Below are positions 22,101-32,246 of a stretch of 64,000 nucleotides of DNA, in pieces. The notes under the pieces are model-generated. The model saw only the letters and a list, made by a program, of their open reading frames with translations. It ran no database searches and was not told the origin of the DNA. The first letter of the stretch is position 1. Every line of letters begins with the position of its first letter. This DNA comes from Gemmatimonadaceae bacterium (GTDB lineage Bacteria; Gemmatimonadota; Gemmatimonadetes; Gemmatimonadales; Gemmatimonadaceae). Location: contig JBJMOW010000004.1 in assembly GCA_045803545.1 (NCBI GenBank), positions 928,001 through 992,000 of the forward strand, given 5' to 3'. The translations under genes were made by a program, and so were the position numbers.

Positions 22101-23578
22101 TATCCCTCTTCCCGCTTCTCCCCTAACATCATCTCCGGATTCAACAAACGGTCGAGCTGTTCACGCGTCATCAATCCGCGCTCGCAGACCAGATCGTACA
22201 CATCGCGCCCCGTCTCCAGCGCTTCTTTCGCAATGTCCGTAGTCGTCTCGTAACCGAGTGCGGGCACCAGAGCGGTGATGACGCCGACCGAATCCTCGAC
22301 GAACTTCTGCATCCGTTCTTTATTCGCTGTAATCCCTTCGATACAGCGGTCCTGCAGAATCTTGCACGCGCGCTGCAGGTAGGTCATTCCACTCAGTAAT
22401 CGAAACGCGATGATCGGCTCGAATGCGTTCAGCTGCAGCTGGCCGGCCTCGGCGGCCATGGTGACGGTTACGTCCCCACCGATGATGTCGAAGCAGACCT
22501 GATTGACTACTTCCGGAATCACCGGATTCACCTTGCCCGGCATCAGCGACGAGCCAGGCTGCATGGGCGGGAGATTTATCTCACCGAGTCCCGCGCGTGG
22601 TCCCGAGCTGAGTAGTCGGAGATCGTTGCAGATCTTGGAAAGCTTGACCGCGCACCGCTTGAGCACTCCGGACAGCTGCACAAAGGCGCCGGTGTCGGCC
22701 GTCGCTTCGACGAGATCGGGTGCGGTGATCAGCGAGAGTCCCGTCAGATGCTCCAGGTGTCGTCGCACCGTCTCTGCATAGCCTGACGGTGCAGTGATGC
22801 CGGTGCCGATCGCCGTCGCGCCCATGTTGATCTCGCGAATCAGTGCTTGCGCTTCACCCAATCGATCGACGTCCTCGAGGATCGTGTGGGCAAACGCGCT
22901 GAACTCCTGGCCGAGCGTCATCGGAACTGCATCCTGTAACTGGGTGCGGCCCATCTTGATGAAGCTGCTGAACTCTTCGCCCTTGTGCAGGAAGGCGGCA
23001 GCCAATGCGATCATCGCCAGCTGTAAATCGGAAATACTGGTATGAAGCGCCAGCTTTACCGCGGTCGGATAAACGTCGTTGGTTGACTGACTGAGATTGA
23101 GATGATTGTTGGGATGAACGACTTCGTAGTCACCCCGCTCTTTGCCGAGGATCTCGAGCGCGCGGTTAGCCATCACTTCGTTGACATTCATGTTGCTCGA
23201 AGTGCCGGCGCCCCCCTGAATCATGTCCACGCGGAAGTGGTCGTGATGCAGCCCTTCGCGAATCTCGGCGGCGGCCTGACAGATAGGGTCGACGATGTCG
23301 CGATGGAGCAGTCCCATCTCCAGGTTCGATAGAGCAGCCGCTTCCTTCACGGTCGCGAGCGCGGCGATCAGAGTGGGGAACTCGCGCAGCTCGATGCCGG
23401 AGATGCAGAAGTTCTCGATCGCGCGCAGCGTCTGGATTCCGTAGAGCGCATCGGCCGGCACATCGCGCTCTCCCAGCAGGTCGTGCTCGCGACGAGTCGG
23501 TCCTTTCAGATCGACTCGCGGGGCGTCTGCCGCTTCCAGACGCAGCACTCTCAAACGGGAGGGACGCGAGGACTTCAT
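22100..23578 (-). CDS. aspA: Aspartate ammonia-lyase
   Basis: YGIQTLRA, QGGAGTS.NMN, SQSTND, GRTQLQDA, GSSLMPGKVNP. Confidence 0.93.
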   Translation of the reverse strand: MKSSRPSRLRVLRLEAADAPRVDLKGPTRREHDLLGERDVPADALYGIQTLRAIENFCISGIELREFPTLIAALATVKEAAALSNLEMGLLHRDIVDPICQAAAEIREGLHHDHFRVDMIQGGAGTSSNMNVNEVMANRALEILGKERGDYEVVHPNNHLNLSQSTNDVYPTAVKLALHTSISDLQLAMIALAAAFLHKGEEFSSFIKMGRTQLQDAVPMTLGQEFSAFAHTILEDVDRLGEAQALIREINMGATAIGTGITAPSGYAETVRRHLEHLTGLSLITAPDLVEATADTGAFVQLSGVLKRCAVKLSKICNDLRLLSSGPRAGLGEINLPPMQPGSSLMPGKVNPVIPEVVNQVCFDIIGGDVTVTMAAEAGQLQLNAFEPIIAFRLLSGMTYLQRACKILQDRCIEGITANKERMQKFVEDSVGVITALVPALGYETTTDIAKEALETGRDVYDLVCERGLMTREQLDRLLNPEMMLGEKREEG

Positions 23579-23699
23579 GCGTAGCGGGAAGCTATATAAG
23601 CGGAATACCTTAGTGAAGTCATTCGTCCATTGCGAGACGATTGCCTTGTGGCCGGGGATACGAGATCCGGGTCGACAAAGATCGAGGACTTTAGAAGCG

Positions 23700-23879
23700 A
23701 ACTACCTCGCTGGTAGCTGATAGCAGCTAGCTATTAGCTATTCGCTGCACGCGACGGGACAGATCGCGATAGAGTCAGAGGAAAGGCGTTCTGTTCGCAT
23801 TTATGCGATGAGATCGGTCCCGTTGGCAGCCAGCGATCAGCTATCAGCATGCTGCTATCAGCTACCAGCGAGGCAGTTG
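23700..23879. repeat. About 180-bp imperfect palindrome with (A)GCTATC(A) heptamer arms
   Basis: AACTACCTCGCTGGTAGCTGATAGCAGC vs GCTGCTATCAGCTACCAGCGAGGCAGTT (27/28 complementary), with further inner pairing. Confidence 0.8.
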
Positions 23880-23907
23880 CAATAACCCATTGAACGAGGG
23901 TAAAGGC

Positions 23908-25038
23908 TTGTCGATTTCGCGACGCCATTTTGTCGGCCTGAGCGCAGCTGCCGCGGCTGCGCTCACCCTCGACCGTGAAGCAACCGCGGAAACACTCGAG
24001 CGATTCGAGAGTGGCGGCGGGTTTGCCGGGCCACCGATAGTAATCTCTTCCGCCAACGGCATCCGCGGCGTCGCGAAAGCGTACGACATGATCACACGCC
24101 AGAATGCCGACACGCTCGACGCCATCATTGCGGGCGTCAACATCACCGAGCTCGATCCGGACGACCAGTCGGTCGGACTTGGCGGTTTGCCCAACGAGGA
24201 CGGCGTGGTGCAGCTCGATGCGTCGTGCATGCACGGCCCGACCAGGCGAGCGGGCGCGGTCGGAGCCCTGGAGGACATCGCGACTGCGTCGAACGTCGCA
24301 AAAGCAGTGATGGACTACACCGATCACGTCATGCTCGTCGGCGCCGGGGCGAAGAAGTTCGCGCTGCAAATGGGATTCAAGGAGCAGAACCTCCTCACCG
24401 AGAAGAGCAGGCAGGACTGGCTGCGCTGGAAGCAGTGTCTCAATCCGAACGACAATTGGCTCGATGAGGGAGGCGGGAAGCGGGAGGTGGGAGGGGCGCA
24501 CAGCGAAACCGTCGCGTACGATCATCCGCTGCATGTGAAGTTCACGACTGGGACGATCAACATGAACGCGATCAACGCGCGCGGGGACATTTCCTCGGTG
24601 ACGACCACGAGCGGACGGTCGTGGAAAATTCCTGGCCGGGTCGGTGATTCGCCGATCGTCGGCGCGGGCCAGTACTGCGACAATACCGTCGGCGCGGCAG
24701 GATCGACGGGACGCGGTGAAGCAAACATCAAGGTTTGTGGCGCATTCCTCATCGTCGAGTTCATGCGCCAGGGACTTTCCCCGGAGCAGGCTTGCCTCCG
24801 CTGCGTCGATCGCGTCATTGCAATGACGGAGTCGCGGCTACTCGACAACGGTCGCCCGCTGTTCGATCTCGAGTTCTACGCAGTAGCGAAGGACGGTCGG
24901 TTTGGTGGCGCGTCAGCCTACGAAGGCGCGCACATGGCCGTCGCCGATGCGAGCGGCGCGCGACTGGTTCCGATTGCCTACAAGTTTCCGCGGGCTCAAC
25001 GCCCCCAGATGCCGGAGATCAGCTGTCGCCGAGCTTGA
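23908..25038 (+). CDS. N(4)-(beta-N-acetylglucosaminyl)-L-asparaginase (Ntn hydrolase), Tat-exported
   Basis: SRRHFVG Tat motif, [12 protein letters not shown] nucleophile, [15 protein letters not shown] 23908 has GAGGG RBS (alternative 23890). Confidence 0.9.
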   Translation: MSISRRHFVGLSAAAAAALTLDREATAETLERFESGGGFAGPPIVISSANGIRGVAKAYDMITRQNADTLDAIIAGVNITELDPDDQSVGLGGLPNEDGVVQLDASCMHGPTRRAGAVGALEDIATASNVAKAVMDYTDHVMLVGAGAKKFALQMGFKEQNLLTEKSRQDWLRWKQCLNPNDNWLDEGGGKREVGGAHSETVAYDHPLHVKFTTGTINMNAINARGDISSVTTTSGRSWKIPGRVGDSPIVGAGQYCDNTVGAAGSTGRGEANIKVCGAFLIVEFMRQGLSPEQACLRCVDRVIAMTESRLLDNGRPLFDLEFYAVAKDGRFGGASAYEGAHMAVADASGARLVPIAYKFPRAQRPQMPEISCRRA

Positions 25039-26434
25039 AGATTCCTACGAGGTCTGACAGACGCTCGGCGACATCGGTCAACGCATGCGCGGTGGCGGCG
25101 AGGTCCGACATCGCTTTACTCTGTTCTTCGTCGCTGACTGCGATTTGATGCATCGACCGGGAGAACGATCCCGAGCTTTGGGATAGCGTTGCCAGCTGCT
25201 GCGTCATCGCTGTGATCAGCTGATTCGATTCGCGCACTGCCTTGTCGACGCGTCCGCTCAAATCCTCTCCTTCGACCGCGCCCTCTTCGACTTTCGCCAG
25301 CGACTGACGCGCGGCGCGGGTCGCACCGAGTACCTGCTCAACCGTTGATACCGTTCGCGACGATGATTCGCGCGATTGGGCGACGCTGTCGAGCATCTGT
25401 TGCACCAGGGAGCTGGTGCGCTGCGCGGCGTCGGCGGAGCTGGTGGCGAGACGGCGAACTTCATTGGCGACGACGGCGAAACCGTGTCCGTGCTCGCCGG
25501 CGCGCGCGGCTTCCATCGCTGCGTTGAGCGCCAGCAGCTTCGACTGCTTGGCGATTTTCTGGACCAGCACGAGGAAAGTCCCGATCTCGTTAACCGCTGC
25601 CGACATCGCGTCGATACCTTCGGCGCCTTCCAGAGCATCGGACGCGAGCGACTGCAACGACGTTGCAGTGCGCTCCAGGCGCACGCGATTCTCTCTGGCC
25701 AGCTGCCGGAGCGCCTTGTCGCGGCGCAATCCCTCCTGCGCCGCTTCGCGAAGATGGCCGGAGATGTCCGTGAGCTTGGTGGCTTCGCTCGTCAACTCCT
25801 TGATCGCGCGTTCGCGCGCGACCGATTCGTGCTCGAGACTGTTGGTGAGGTTGGCCATCTCGCGCCCTTTAGCCGACGCGCTCACCGATGCCTTTGAGAT
25901 TTGCACGGCGAGGTCTGTATTGTCATTGGCCGACCGCTTGATACGCGCGGCAACGCCACGGAGCTCGCTCAGCATCGTCATCGTCGATCGAGTCAATCGA
26001 TCGACTGCTCGGTTCGAGATGCCCGGGTTGTAGATGCTCGACAAATCACCCTTGGCGATTGCTTCGTGGGTGCGCGCGAGATCTGCTGCGGGGCCGCTGA
26101 CGTGCTGTCTGACGAAAATCAGCGCCGCCGTTATGGTCGCGGCGAGGGCGACGACGATCCACAGAAATGCCATCGCCAGCGCGACGACGACGCCGTTTAC
26201 CGCAAACAACTCGGCCCGGACCGCAGCGGGAATCAGGTGATAGAGCTGCCATGAAATTGCGCCCAGCCCCGCGATGAACGCGGCACCGAAGCCAATGCTC
26301 GCGCGTAGAGCCCGTCGTTGCAGCGCGCTGAACACCGGCTTCAGGAAGCCCGATGATGGCGTGAAATCGGAACGAGGCCGACGAGGTGGCGTCGGAGGCG
26401 GACGATGTGCGACTGGGAGTGGCGTTGCGGTCAT
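25019..26434 (-). CDS. Methyl-accepting chemotaxis-like protein
   Basis: Two TM helices, HAMP-like region, [31 protein letters not shown]. Confidence 0.88.
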   Translation of the reverse strand: MTATPLPVAHRPPPTPPRRPRSDFTPSSGFLKPVFSALQRRALRASIGFGAAFIAGLGAISWQLYHLIPAAVRAELFAVNGVVVALAMAFLWIVVALAATITAALIFVRQHVSGPAADLARTHEAIAKGDLSSIYNPGISNRAVDRLTRSTMTMLSELRGVAARIKRSANDNTDLAVQISKASVSASAKGREMANLTNSLEHESVARERAIKELTSEATKLTDISGHLREAAQEGLRRDKALRQLARENRVRLERTATSLQSLASDALEGAEGIDAMSAAVNEIGTFLVLVQKIAKQSKLLALNAAMEAARAGEHGHGFAVVANEVRRLATSSADAAQRTSSLVQQMLDSVAQSRESSSRTVSTVEQVLGATRAARQSLAKVEEGAVEGEDLSGRVDKAVRESNQLITAMTQQLATLSQSSGSFSRSMHQIAVSDEEQSKAMSDLAATAHALTDVAERLSDLVGIFKLGDS

Positions 26435-26510
26435 CTACGGATCGATTTTGAGCACTCAGTCAGCCGCGCCACAGATGAAAGTGTGTCGCTTAGCCGCTAC
26501 TTTGGTACGA

Positions 26511-28973
26511 ATGGACAACTCGGCAACACGCAACGATCCGCTGGCTCCGCCCGTGACGTACGACCCACAGGCAATCGAGCGTAAATGGCAGCGCATCTGG
26601 CAGGAGCGTGGCACCAACCACACCGACCTGCAGCGCGCTCAACGGCCGTTCTATGCACTGATGATGTTCCCCTATCCGTCGGCGGAGGGACTCCACGTCG
26701 GGAATCTCTTCGCGTTCACGGGGAACGACATTTATGGACGATTCCAGCGGCTTCAGGGACACAACGTCTTCGAGCCGCTCGGCTATGACGCATTCGGGAT
26801 TCATTCGGAGAACTACGCGCTCAAAGTTGGCGTGCATCCGATGGATCTGATCCCCCGCAACATCGCCAACTTCCGGCGACAGCTTGAAAGCGCCGGCCTG
26901 ATGGTGGACTGGCGCTATACCCTGGCCACCACCGATCCGAATTACTACAAATGGACCCAGTGGCTTTTCCTGCAGCTGTTCGACAAGGGCCTCGCCTACA
27001 GAAAGAAAGCGGCGGTCAACTGGTGCCCGAGCTGCAAGACGGTGCTGGCGAACGAGCAGGTCGTCTCGGGCGGATTCTGCGAGCGCTGTGGCACGGAGGT
27101 CGAGCAGCGTCTGCTCGAGCAGTGGTTCTTCCGCATCAGCGATTACACCCCGCGGCTGCTTGGCAATCTCGACCATATCGACTGGTCCGAAACAACCAAG
27201 ACGGCGCAGCGGAACTGGATCGGCAAATCGGAAGGCGCCGAGTTGGACTTCGCGACCAGGAGGGTAAGCGGCGAGGAGTGCCTGATCCGGGTCTTCACAA
27301 CGCGCCCGGACACGATCTTCGGCGCCACCTACATGGTGCTGGCGCCCGAGCACCCGCTGGTGGAATCACTGACCAGTCCGGCCGAAAAAAAGAAGGTCGC
27401 CGATTACCTGGAGAGAACCAAAAAACAGGATCTGGTGTCTCGGAAGACGAGCACCGACAAGACGGGGGCGTTCACGGGTGCGTACGCCCTCAATCCAGCC
27501 ACGGGGAAGGAAATTCCGATCTGGATCTCCGACTACGTGTTGATGGAGTACGGGACCGGCGCGATCATGGGCGTCCCGGGTCACGATGAGCGCGACTTCG
27601 AGTTTGCAAAGAAATTCGACCTGCCGATCGTGCGCGTCGTTTGCGGCGAGCGGGAAGATGCGAACACCCCCCTGCATGAAGCGTTCGTCGAATGTGAGTC
27701 AGGGACACTGGTGAATTCCGGCATGTTCGATGGCTTTCGGGTCGAAGCGGCCAAAAAGGCGATCGTCGACTATCTGGCCAAGACCGGAGCGGCGAAGCCG
27801 ATCGTGAATTACAGGCTGCACGACTGGTGTATCTCCCGCCAGCGCTACTGGGGGCCGCCGATTCCTATCATTTACTGCGACGACTGTGGAATCGTGCCGG
27901 TGCCGGAGAAGGATCTGCCGGTCCTGCTGCCGTTCATCGAGGACTTCAAGCCCGACGATTCGGGCGTGTCGCCGCTGGCCCGTCACGAGGAATGGTATCG
28001 GGTCGCCTGCCCGAAGTGTGGCAGGACCGGGCGCCGCGAGACGGACGTCTCCGACAACTTCCTCGACAACTCGTGGTATTTCCTGCGCTATCCCAGTGTG
28101 GGCCGCGATGATGTTCCGTTTGAGGCCGGCGTTACAAAGAAGTGGCTGCCCGTCAACTCGTACATCGGAGGTAACGAGCATGCCGTGCTCCACCTCCTCT
28201 ACTCGCGTTTCCTCACGATGGTTCTGCACGACATGGGCTATCTGGAATTCGAGGAGCCATTCACGCGCTTCCGCGCGCATGGGCACATCATCCGCGAAGG
28301 CGCGAAGATGTCGAAGACGCAGGGCAACATCGTGAACCCCGACGAATACATCGAGGAGTGGGGCGCGGATGCATTCCGCACCTACCTGATGTTCCTCGGC
28401 CCGTACGAGCAGGGCGGCGATTTCCGAGATGCCAGCATCTCCGGCACCCGTCGTTTTCTGGATCGACTGTTCGCGTCCGCGCAGAGCATGACCGGCGACG
28501 GCGAGCCCGATCACGATGTGCTGCGCAAGCTCCATCAGACAATCCGGAAAGTTTCGGAAGACATCCCGCGTCTCAGCTACAACACCGCGATCGCGGCGAT
28601 GATGGAATACATGAACGTCCTCCGCAAAGGGGAGCGCACCCCGCACCGCGAAGAGGTTCTGCCGCTGTTTACGCTGGTCTCGCCATTCGCACCACACGTC
28701 GCCGAGGAGCTGTGGGAGCAGAACGGTGGCAAGGGCAGCATCTTCGACTCCGCGTGGCCGTCGTTCGACGCTGCCCTCGCCGCCGACGACATGATCGAGC
28801 TGGTGGTGCAGGTGAACGGCAAAGTACGCAGTCGCGTGATGGTGCAGCGCGACATCGACGAAAAAGAAGCGCTCGTCGCGGCGCTGGAAGATCAGGCAGT
28901 CGCGAAGTTCGTCACCGGTGCGCCGAAGAAAGTCATCTTCGTGCCGGGGCGGCTCTTAAACGTGGTCGTCTAG
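26511..28973 (+). CDS. leuS: Leucine--tRNA ligase
   Basis: MFPYPS..LHVGN, VFTTRPDT editing domain, DWCISRQRYWG, KMSKT, VVQVNGKVR; ATG 26511 avoids overlap with the MCP gene. Confidence 0.96.
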   Translation: MDNSATRNDPLAPPVTYDPQAIERKWQRIWQERGTNHTDLQRAQRPFYALMMFPYPSAEGLHVGNLFAFTGNDIYGRFQRLQGHNVFEPLGYDAFGIHSENYALKVGVHPMDLIPRNIANFRRQLESAGLMVDWRYTLATTDPNYYKWTQWLFLQLFDKGLAYRKKAAVNWCPSCKTVLANEQVVSGGFCERCGTEVEQRLLEQWFFRISDYTPRLLGNLDHIDWSETTKTAQRNWIGKSEGAELDFATRRVSGEECLIRVFTTRPDTIFGATYMVLAPEHPLVESLTSPAEKKKVADYLERTKKQDLVSRKTSTDKTGAFTGAYALNPATGKEIPIWISDYVLMEYGTGAIMGVPGHDERDFEFAKKFDLPIVRVVCGEREDANTPLHEAFVECESGTLVNSGMFDGFRVEAAKKAIVDYLAKTGAAKPIVNYRLHDWCISRQRYWGPPIPIIYCDDCGIVPVPEKDLPVLLPFIEDFKPDDSGVSPLARHEEWYRVACPKCGRTGRRETDVSDNFLDNSWYFLRYPSVGRDDVPFEAGVTKKWLPVNSYIGGNEHAVLHLLYSRFLTMVLHDMGYLEFEEPFTRFRAHGHIIREGAKMSKTQGNIVNPDEYIEEWGADAFRTYLMFLGPYEQGGDFRDASISGTRRFLDRLFASAQSMTGDGEPDHDVLRKLHQTIRKVSEDIPRLSYNTAIAAMMEYMNVLRKGERTPHREEVLPLFTLVSPFAPHVAEELWEQNGGKGSIFDSAWPSFDAALAADDMIELVVQVNGKVRSRVMVQRDIDEKEALVAALEDQAVAKFVTGAPKKVIFVPGRLLNVVV

Positions 28974-29626
28974 TCGGGAATCGTGAACTTCCCGGCGACG
29001 TGTGCCAGGGTGAGCGCGGCGAGAGTGTAACCATCGCGTATCTCGCAGCGCGAGATGCGCGTGCGTAGTTCTGGTGGAAAAATCTCGACGATTCTGCCGA
29101 ACGCTTCCTTATCTTCCGGATGATCGCGTGGCGGACCCGGCTCCAGGTCGGCCCAGAACACGGGCAGCGTGCTCGCCAGGATCGCTGTGTCGCCACTCAC
29201 TTCGCCGATCTGCTCGATGTTTCGGACTTTGAAGCCGAGCTCCTCGCTGATCTCCTTGAGTGCGGCGTCCGACGCGGACATGCCGGTTTCACGCTGACCG
29301 CGGGGTGTCTCGAGCTCCCAGCGACGTGTCGCGTGCCTGAAGGTTTCGCGCAGGAAGATATTGCCGTCACGTGAGCAGAGCGCGACGACACCCGACGGTC
29401 CATCGTGCATGGTGCAGCCGATGATGCGCATCGCGGTCCCGACTTCGCCGCTCGGATATCTCAGAGCATCGCGCACGAATATGTGGAGCTTGTCCTCGAG
29501 CAGTACGCCGGTCTTGGCGCGAATCTTCGGCGCTTCTCGTTTGTCGATGATCTGAATCTCATCGTCATTCGCGTCGCCGATGAAACGCGCCGATTCCGGC
29601 AGGCTCTGGATGTAACGCGGAGGCAT
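28970..29626 (-). CDS. NUDIX hydrolase (ADP-ribose pyrophosphatase-like)
   Basis: FRH..RRWELETPRG, Nudix box variant GQRETGMSASDAALKEISEELG. Confidence 0.8.
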   Translation of the reverse strand: MPPRYIQSLPESARFIGDANDDEIQIIDKREAPKIRAKTGVLLEDKLHIFVRDALRYPSGEVGTAMRIIGCTMHDGPSGVVALCSRDGNIFLRETFRHATRRWELETPRGQRETGMSASDAALKEISEELGFKVRNIEQIGEVSGDTAILASTLPVFWADLEPGPPRDHPEDKEAFGRIVEIFPPELRTRISRCEIRDGYTLAALTLAHVAGKFTIPD

Positions 29627-29629
29627 CGG

Positions 29630-30394
29630 TTACTCGTACATGTTGTCGATATCGGCGGCGGCGAGATCCACGAGGAATCCGCCGACGCGTTCCGTGACGG
29701 CGCGAATGAATTTCTCGCCCTTCGCAGCGGTGGCCGCGTATGGATTACCGGTGCCGGTGTCGTCGGTCACCTTCGTCCATTGGCGCGGTGCCCACGCCCA
29801 GCCCTCGCGGAAGCCTGCGACACGAAATTTTCTTGCCTTGCCCGGGCCCGCTTCCTTTAGCGGCAACGGCAAATCCGGCTCGAGCACCATCATCATGCTC
29901 GTCTCCATTTCCCCGGCGTGATCGCCAGGCTCGTCAAAGAATTCAGTGCTTTTCAGGCACGTCCACCAGTTCAGGGTGCAGACGAACATGTCGAGCTTCG
30001 GTTGCAGCTCGCGGATCATCTGCTTGAAATCGTTGCCGCCGTGACTGTTCAGAATCACCAGCTTGTGGATGCCCTGACCATGAATTGCCGACGCGACGTC
30101 CGTGAGCACGGCCAATTGAGTGCTCGGGTTCATGTTGATCGCCAGACGCAAATCGAGCTGACCAGTGTTGACGCCGAACGGAATTGTCGGCAGTGCGATG
30201 ACCTTCGCCCCCTTGTTCCATGCGAACTCGACGGCACGCTCCGATATGTGTCGCGATTCGTAGACGTCGGTCCCGTACGGCAGGTGGAAGTTGTGGGGCT
30301 CGGTCGCGCCCCATGGCAGAACTGCAACCTCATACCGGATGTCCTTGACCGTTTTCCAATTCGTTTCGGCGAGGACGTAAGGGCGGGGTGGCAT
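29630..30394 (-). CDS. Creatininase family amidohydrolase
   Basis: LPWGATEPHNFHLPYGTD, LNSHGGN, DHAGEMETS. Confidence 0.9.
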   Translation of the reverse strand: MPPRPYVLAETNWKTVKDIRYEVAVLPWGATEPHNFHLPYGTDVYESRHISERAVEFAWNKGAKVIALPTIPFGVNTGQLDLRLAINMNPSTQLAVLTDVASAIHGQGIHKLVILNSHGGNDFKQMIRELQPKLDMFVCTLNWWTCLKSTEFFDEPGDHAGEMETSMMMVLEPDLPLPLKEAGPGKARKFRVAGFREGWAWAPRQWTKVTDDTGTGNPYAATAAKGEKFIRAVTERVGGFLVDLAAADIDNMYE

Positions 30395-30443
30395 TCTTAA
30401 AAGAAGGGAGTCTCAGGCTTCTGGTGCAAGGCGCGGTCCGACA

Positions 30444-30509
30444 TCTGAGAAACTGAAGTCGGCAGTTCGCGGTTGACTGCAGACTGCCGACTTTTTTTTC
30501 AGTCCTCAG
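30444..30509. terminator. Long hairpin/terminator downstream of the S8 protease
   Basis: AAGTCGGCAGT...ACTGCCGACTT stem with a T-run on the + strand. Confidence 0.65.
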
Positions 30510-30523
30510 AAGGCAAAACCGTG

Positions 30524-32014
30524 TTACGAGCAGTTCCGTCTGTTACAGGTTACGCCGACACTTGCGCTGCTCGACTGCGTTCCATCGACATCGGTCAGCT
30601 TGACCGTGTACGACTTACGCGAGGAGAAAGTGTGGCTGGCGTTCTTCGTGGTGACGACTGCCGATCCGTCACCGAAGTTCCAGGAGTAGGTCGTCGAAGC
30701 GCTCGTGTTCTTCGACGTGTTTGTGAAGCTGCAGGTAAGACCCGAGCATGACTTGGTGAAGCTTGCCGTCAATGGTGCCGGTGGCGGAGGCGGAGCTGCT
30801 TCGGTGCCGGTGTAGAGAAGCCGGTTCGGCGTTCCGGAGCCAGCGTTCTTGACGACACCCGCAGTGGCGTTGCCAATCAAGCCTGCCGCGACAGAAACGG
30901 GGCTCGCGCCAGGATTCGTCTCGAGGTACAACGCTGCAGCACCCGTCACGTGCGGCGTCGCCATCGAAGTGCCGCTGATGGTGTTCTGAGTCTGACCCGT
31001 CGACGACCACCACGACGACGTAATGTTCACGCCGGGCGCAAAGATGTCGACGCAGGTACCGTAGTTAGCCCAGCTCGCCTTGGTGTCAGTGTTGTCAGTC
31101 GCGCTAACCGTGATCGCGGCGGTCACACGCGCGGGGGACGTCGTGCAAGCGTCCTGCGCGCGGCCCAGGAAGTCGCCGTTTCCGGCTGCTATCGCGTAGG
31201 TGATCCCAGCGTTTATCGAGTTGTTCACCGCTGCGTCCAGCGTCGTCGAAGCGCCGCCGCCGAGACTCATGTTCGCCACCGCAGGCTTCTTCGCGTTTGC
31301 AGTGACCCAGTCGATGCCGGCGGCGACTCCCGACGTCGAGCCGCTGCCGGAGCAATCCAGCACGCGCACTGCGACGAGACTTACATCCTTCGCGACTCCG
31401 TAAGTTGCGCCTCCAACGGTCCCGGAAACGTGGGTGCCATGACCGTTGCAATCCGCGGCGCTGCCACCGCTCGTCACTTCATCGATTCCAGTCGATGCGC
31501 GTCCCTCGAGATCGGAATGCGTGAAGTCGATTCCGGTGTCGATTATATAGGCGGTTACGCCTTTGCCGGTCGCGGTGAAGGCGTACGAGTTGCTGGGCGT
31601 CGTCCACGAGCGCTGATCGATTCGATCCAATCCCCACGACGGTGGGTTGGTTTGCGGATTGGCCGTTGTCGTCACGGCGTGAACTTCCTTATCCTGCTCG
31701 ACGTACAACACACGCGGATCACTCGCAATTGCCGCAGCGGCGGCATCGGAAAGGTTGCGAACGGCGAAGCCCTTCAACGCAAACTGATAGACGTGCTTCA
31801 CCTGACCTTTGTGTAGTCCAGCAATGGACTGGGCAATCGACTGAACATCGACTGCGTCGTCACGAAGTCTGACTATGTAGTCGCCCGGTAGGGGAGTGGC
31901 TTTAGCAGCATTGACTATGGATGGCGCTGTCGGACGGCCGAGCGCGGGACCGGACGCGTCCTGACATGCGGAAACGGCGAGCGCTGCCACAGCGAGTGGT
32001 ACAAATCTCTTCAT
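30524..32014 (-). CDS. S8 subtilisin-like serine protease (aqualysin/proteinase K type) with I9 propeptide and PKD domain
   Basis: WGLDRIDQR, IIDTG, NGHGTH, SGTSMATPHV, YSWNFGDG; lipobox-like AVSAC. Confidence 0.93.
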   Translation of the reverse strand: MKRFVPLAVAALAVSACQDASGPALGRPTAPSIVNAAKATPLPGDYIVRLRDDAVDVQSIAQSIAGLHKGQVKHVYQFALKGFAVRNLSDAAAAAIASDPRVLYVEQDKEVHAVTTTANPQTNPPSWGLDRIDQRSWTTPSNSYAFTATGKGVTAYIIDTGIDFTHSDLEGRASTGIDEVTSGGSAADCNGHGTHVSGTVGGATYGVAKDVSLVAVRVLDCSGSGSTSGVAAGIDWVTANAKKPAVANMSLGGGASTTLDAAVNNSINAGITYAIAAGNGDFLGRAQDACTTSPARVTAAITVSATDNTDTKASWANYGTCVDIFAPGVNITSSWWSSTGQTQNTISGTSMATPHVTGAAALYLETNPGASPVSVAAGLIGNATAGVVKNAGSGTPNRLLYTGTEAAPPPPPAPLTASFTKSCSGLTCSFTNTSKNTSASTTYSWNFGDGSAVVTTKNASHTFSSRKSYTVKLTDVDGTQSSSASVGVTCNRRNCS

Positions 32015-32208
32015 GAAACTCCCCTCGAATCACAGGAATGCCGGTCGTGCCGGCGTGTCCATCGGCGACGGGTGCCGACGGTGCAGATTGGATGAGGCGT
32101 ATCTATGACAAACCCGCGGCGCAGACTGCCCGCGGGGTCGGTTCGTGAGGAGATCAAGCGCTAAGAGCGCTCAGCAGCCCTGTCGGAAATATCCCGGAAG
32201 CGGAGGCA

Positions 32209-32236
32209 AACATATGGAATCGCGTCCGGGCGTCAA
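32209..32236 (-). promoter_or_regulatory. Putative sigma70 promoter TTGACG-N16-TATGTT for the protease gene
   Basis: Read on the minus strand about 190 nt upstream of ATG 32014. Confidence 0.4.
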
Positions 32237-32246
32237 GTGTTTGCTC

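Noticed and set aside
26274..26510. N-terminal extension of LeuS
   Set aside because: Overlaps the divergent MCP gene; LeuS-like sequence begins after ATG 26511.
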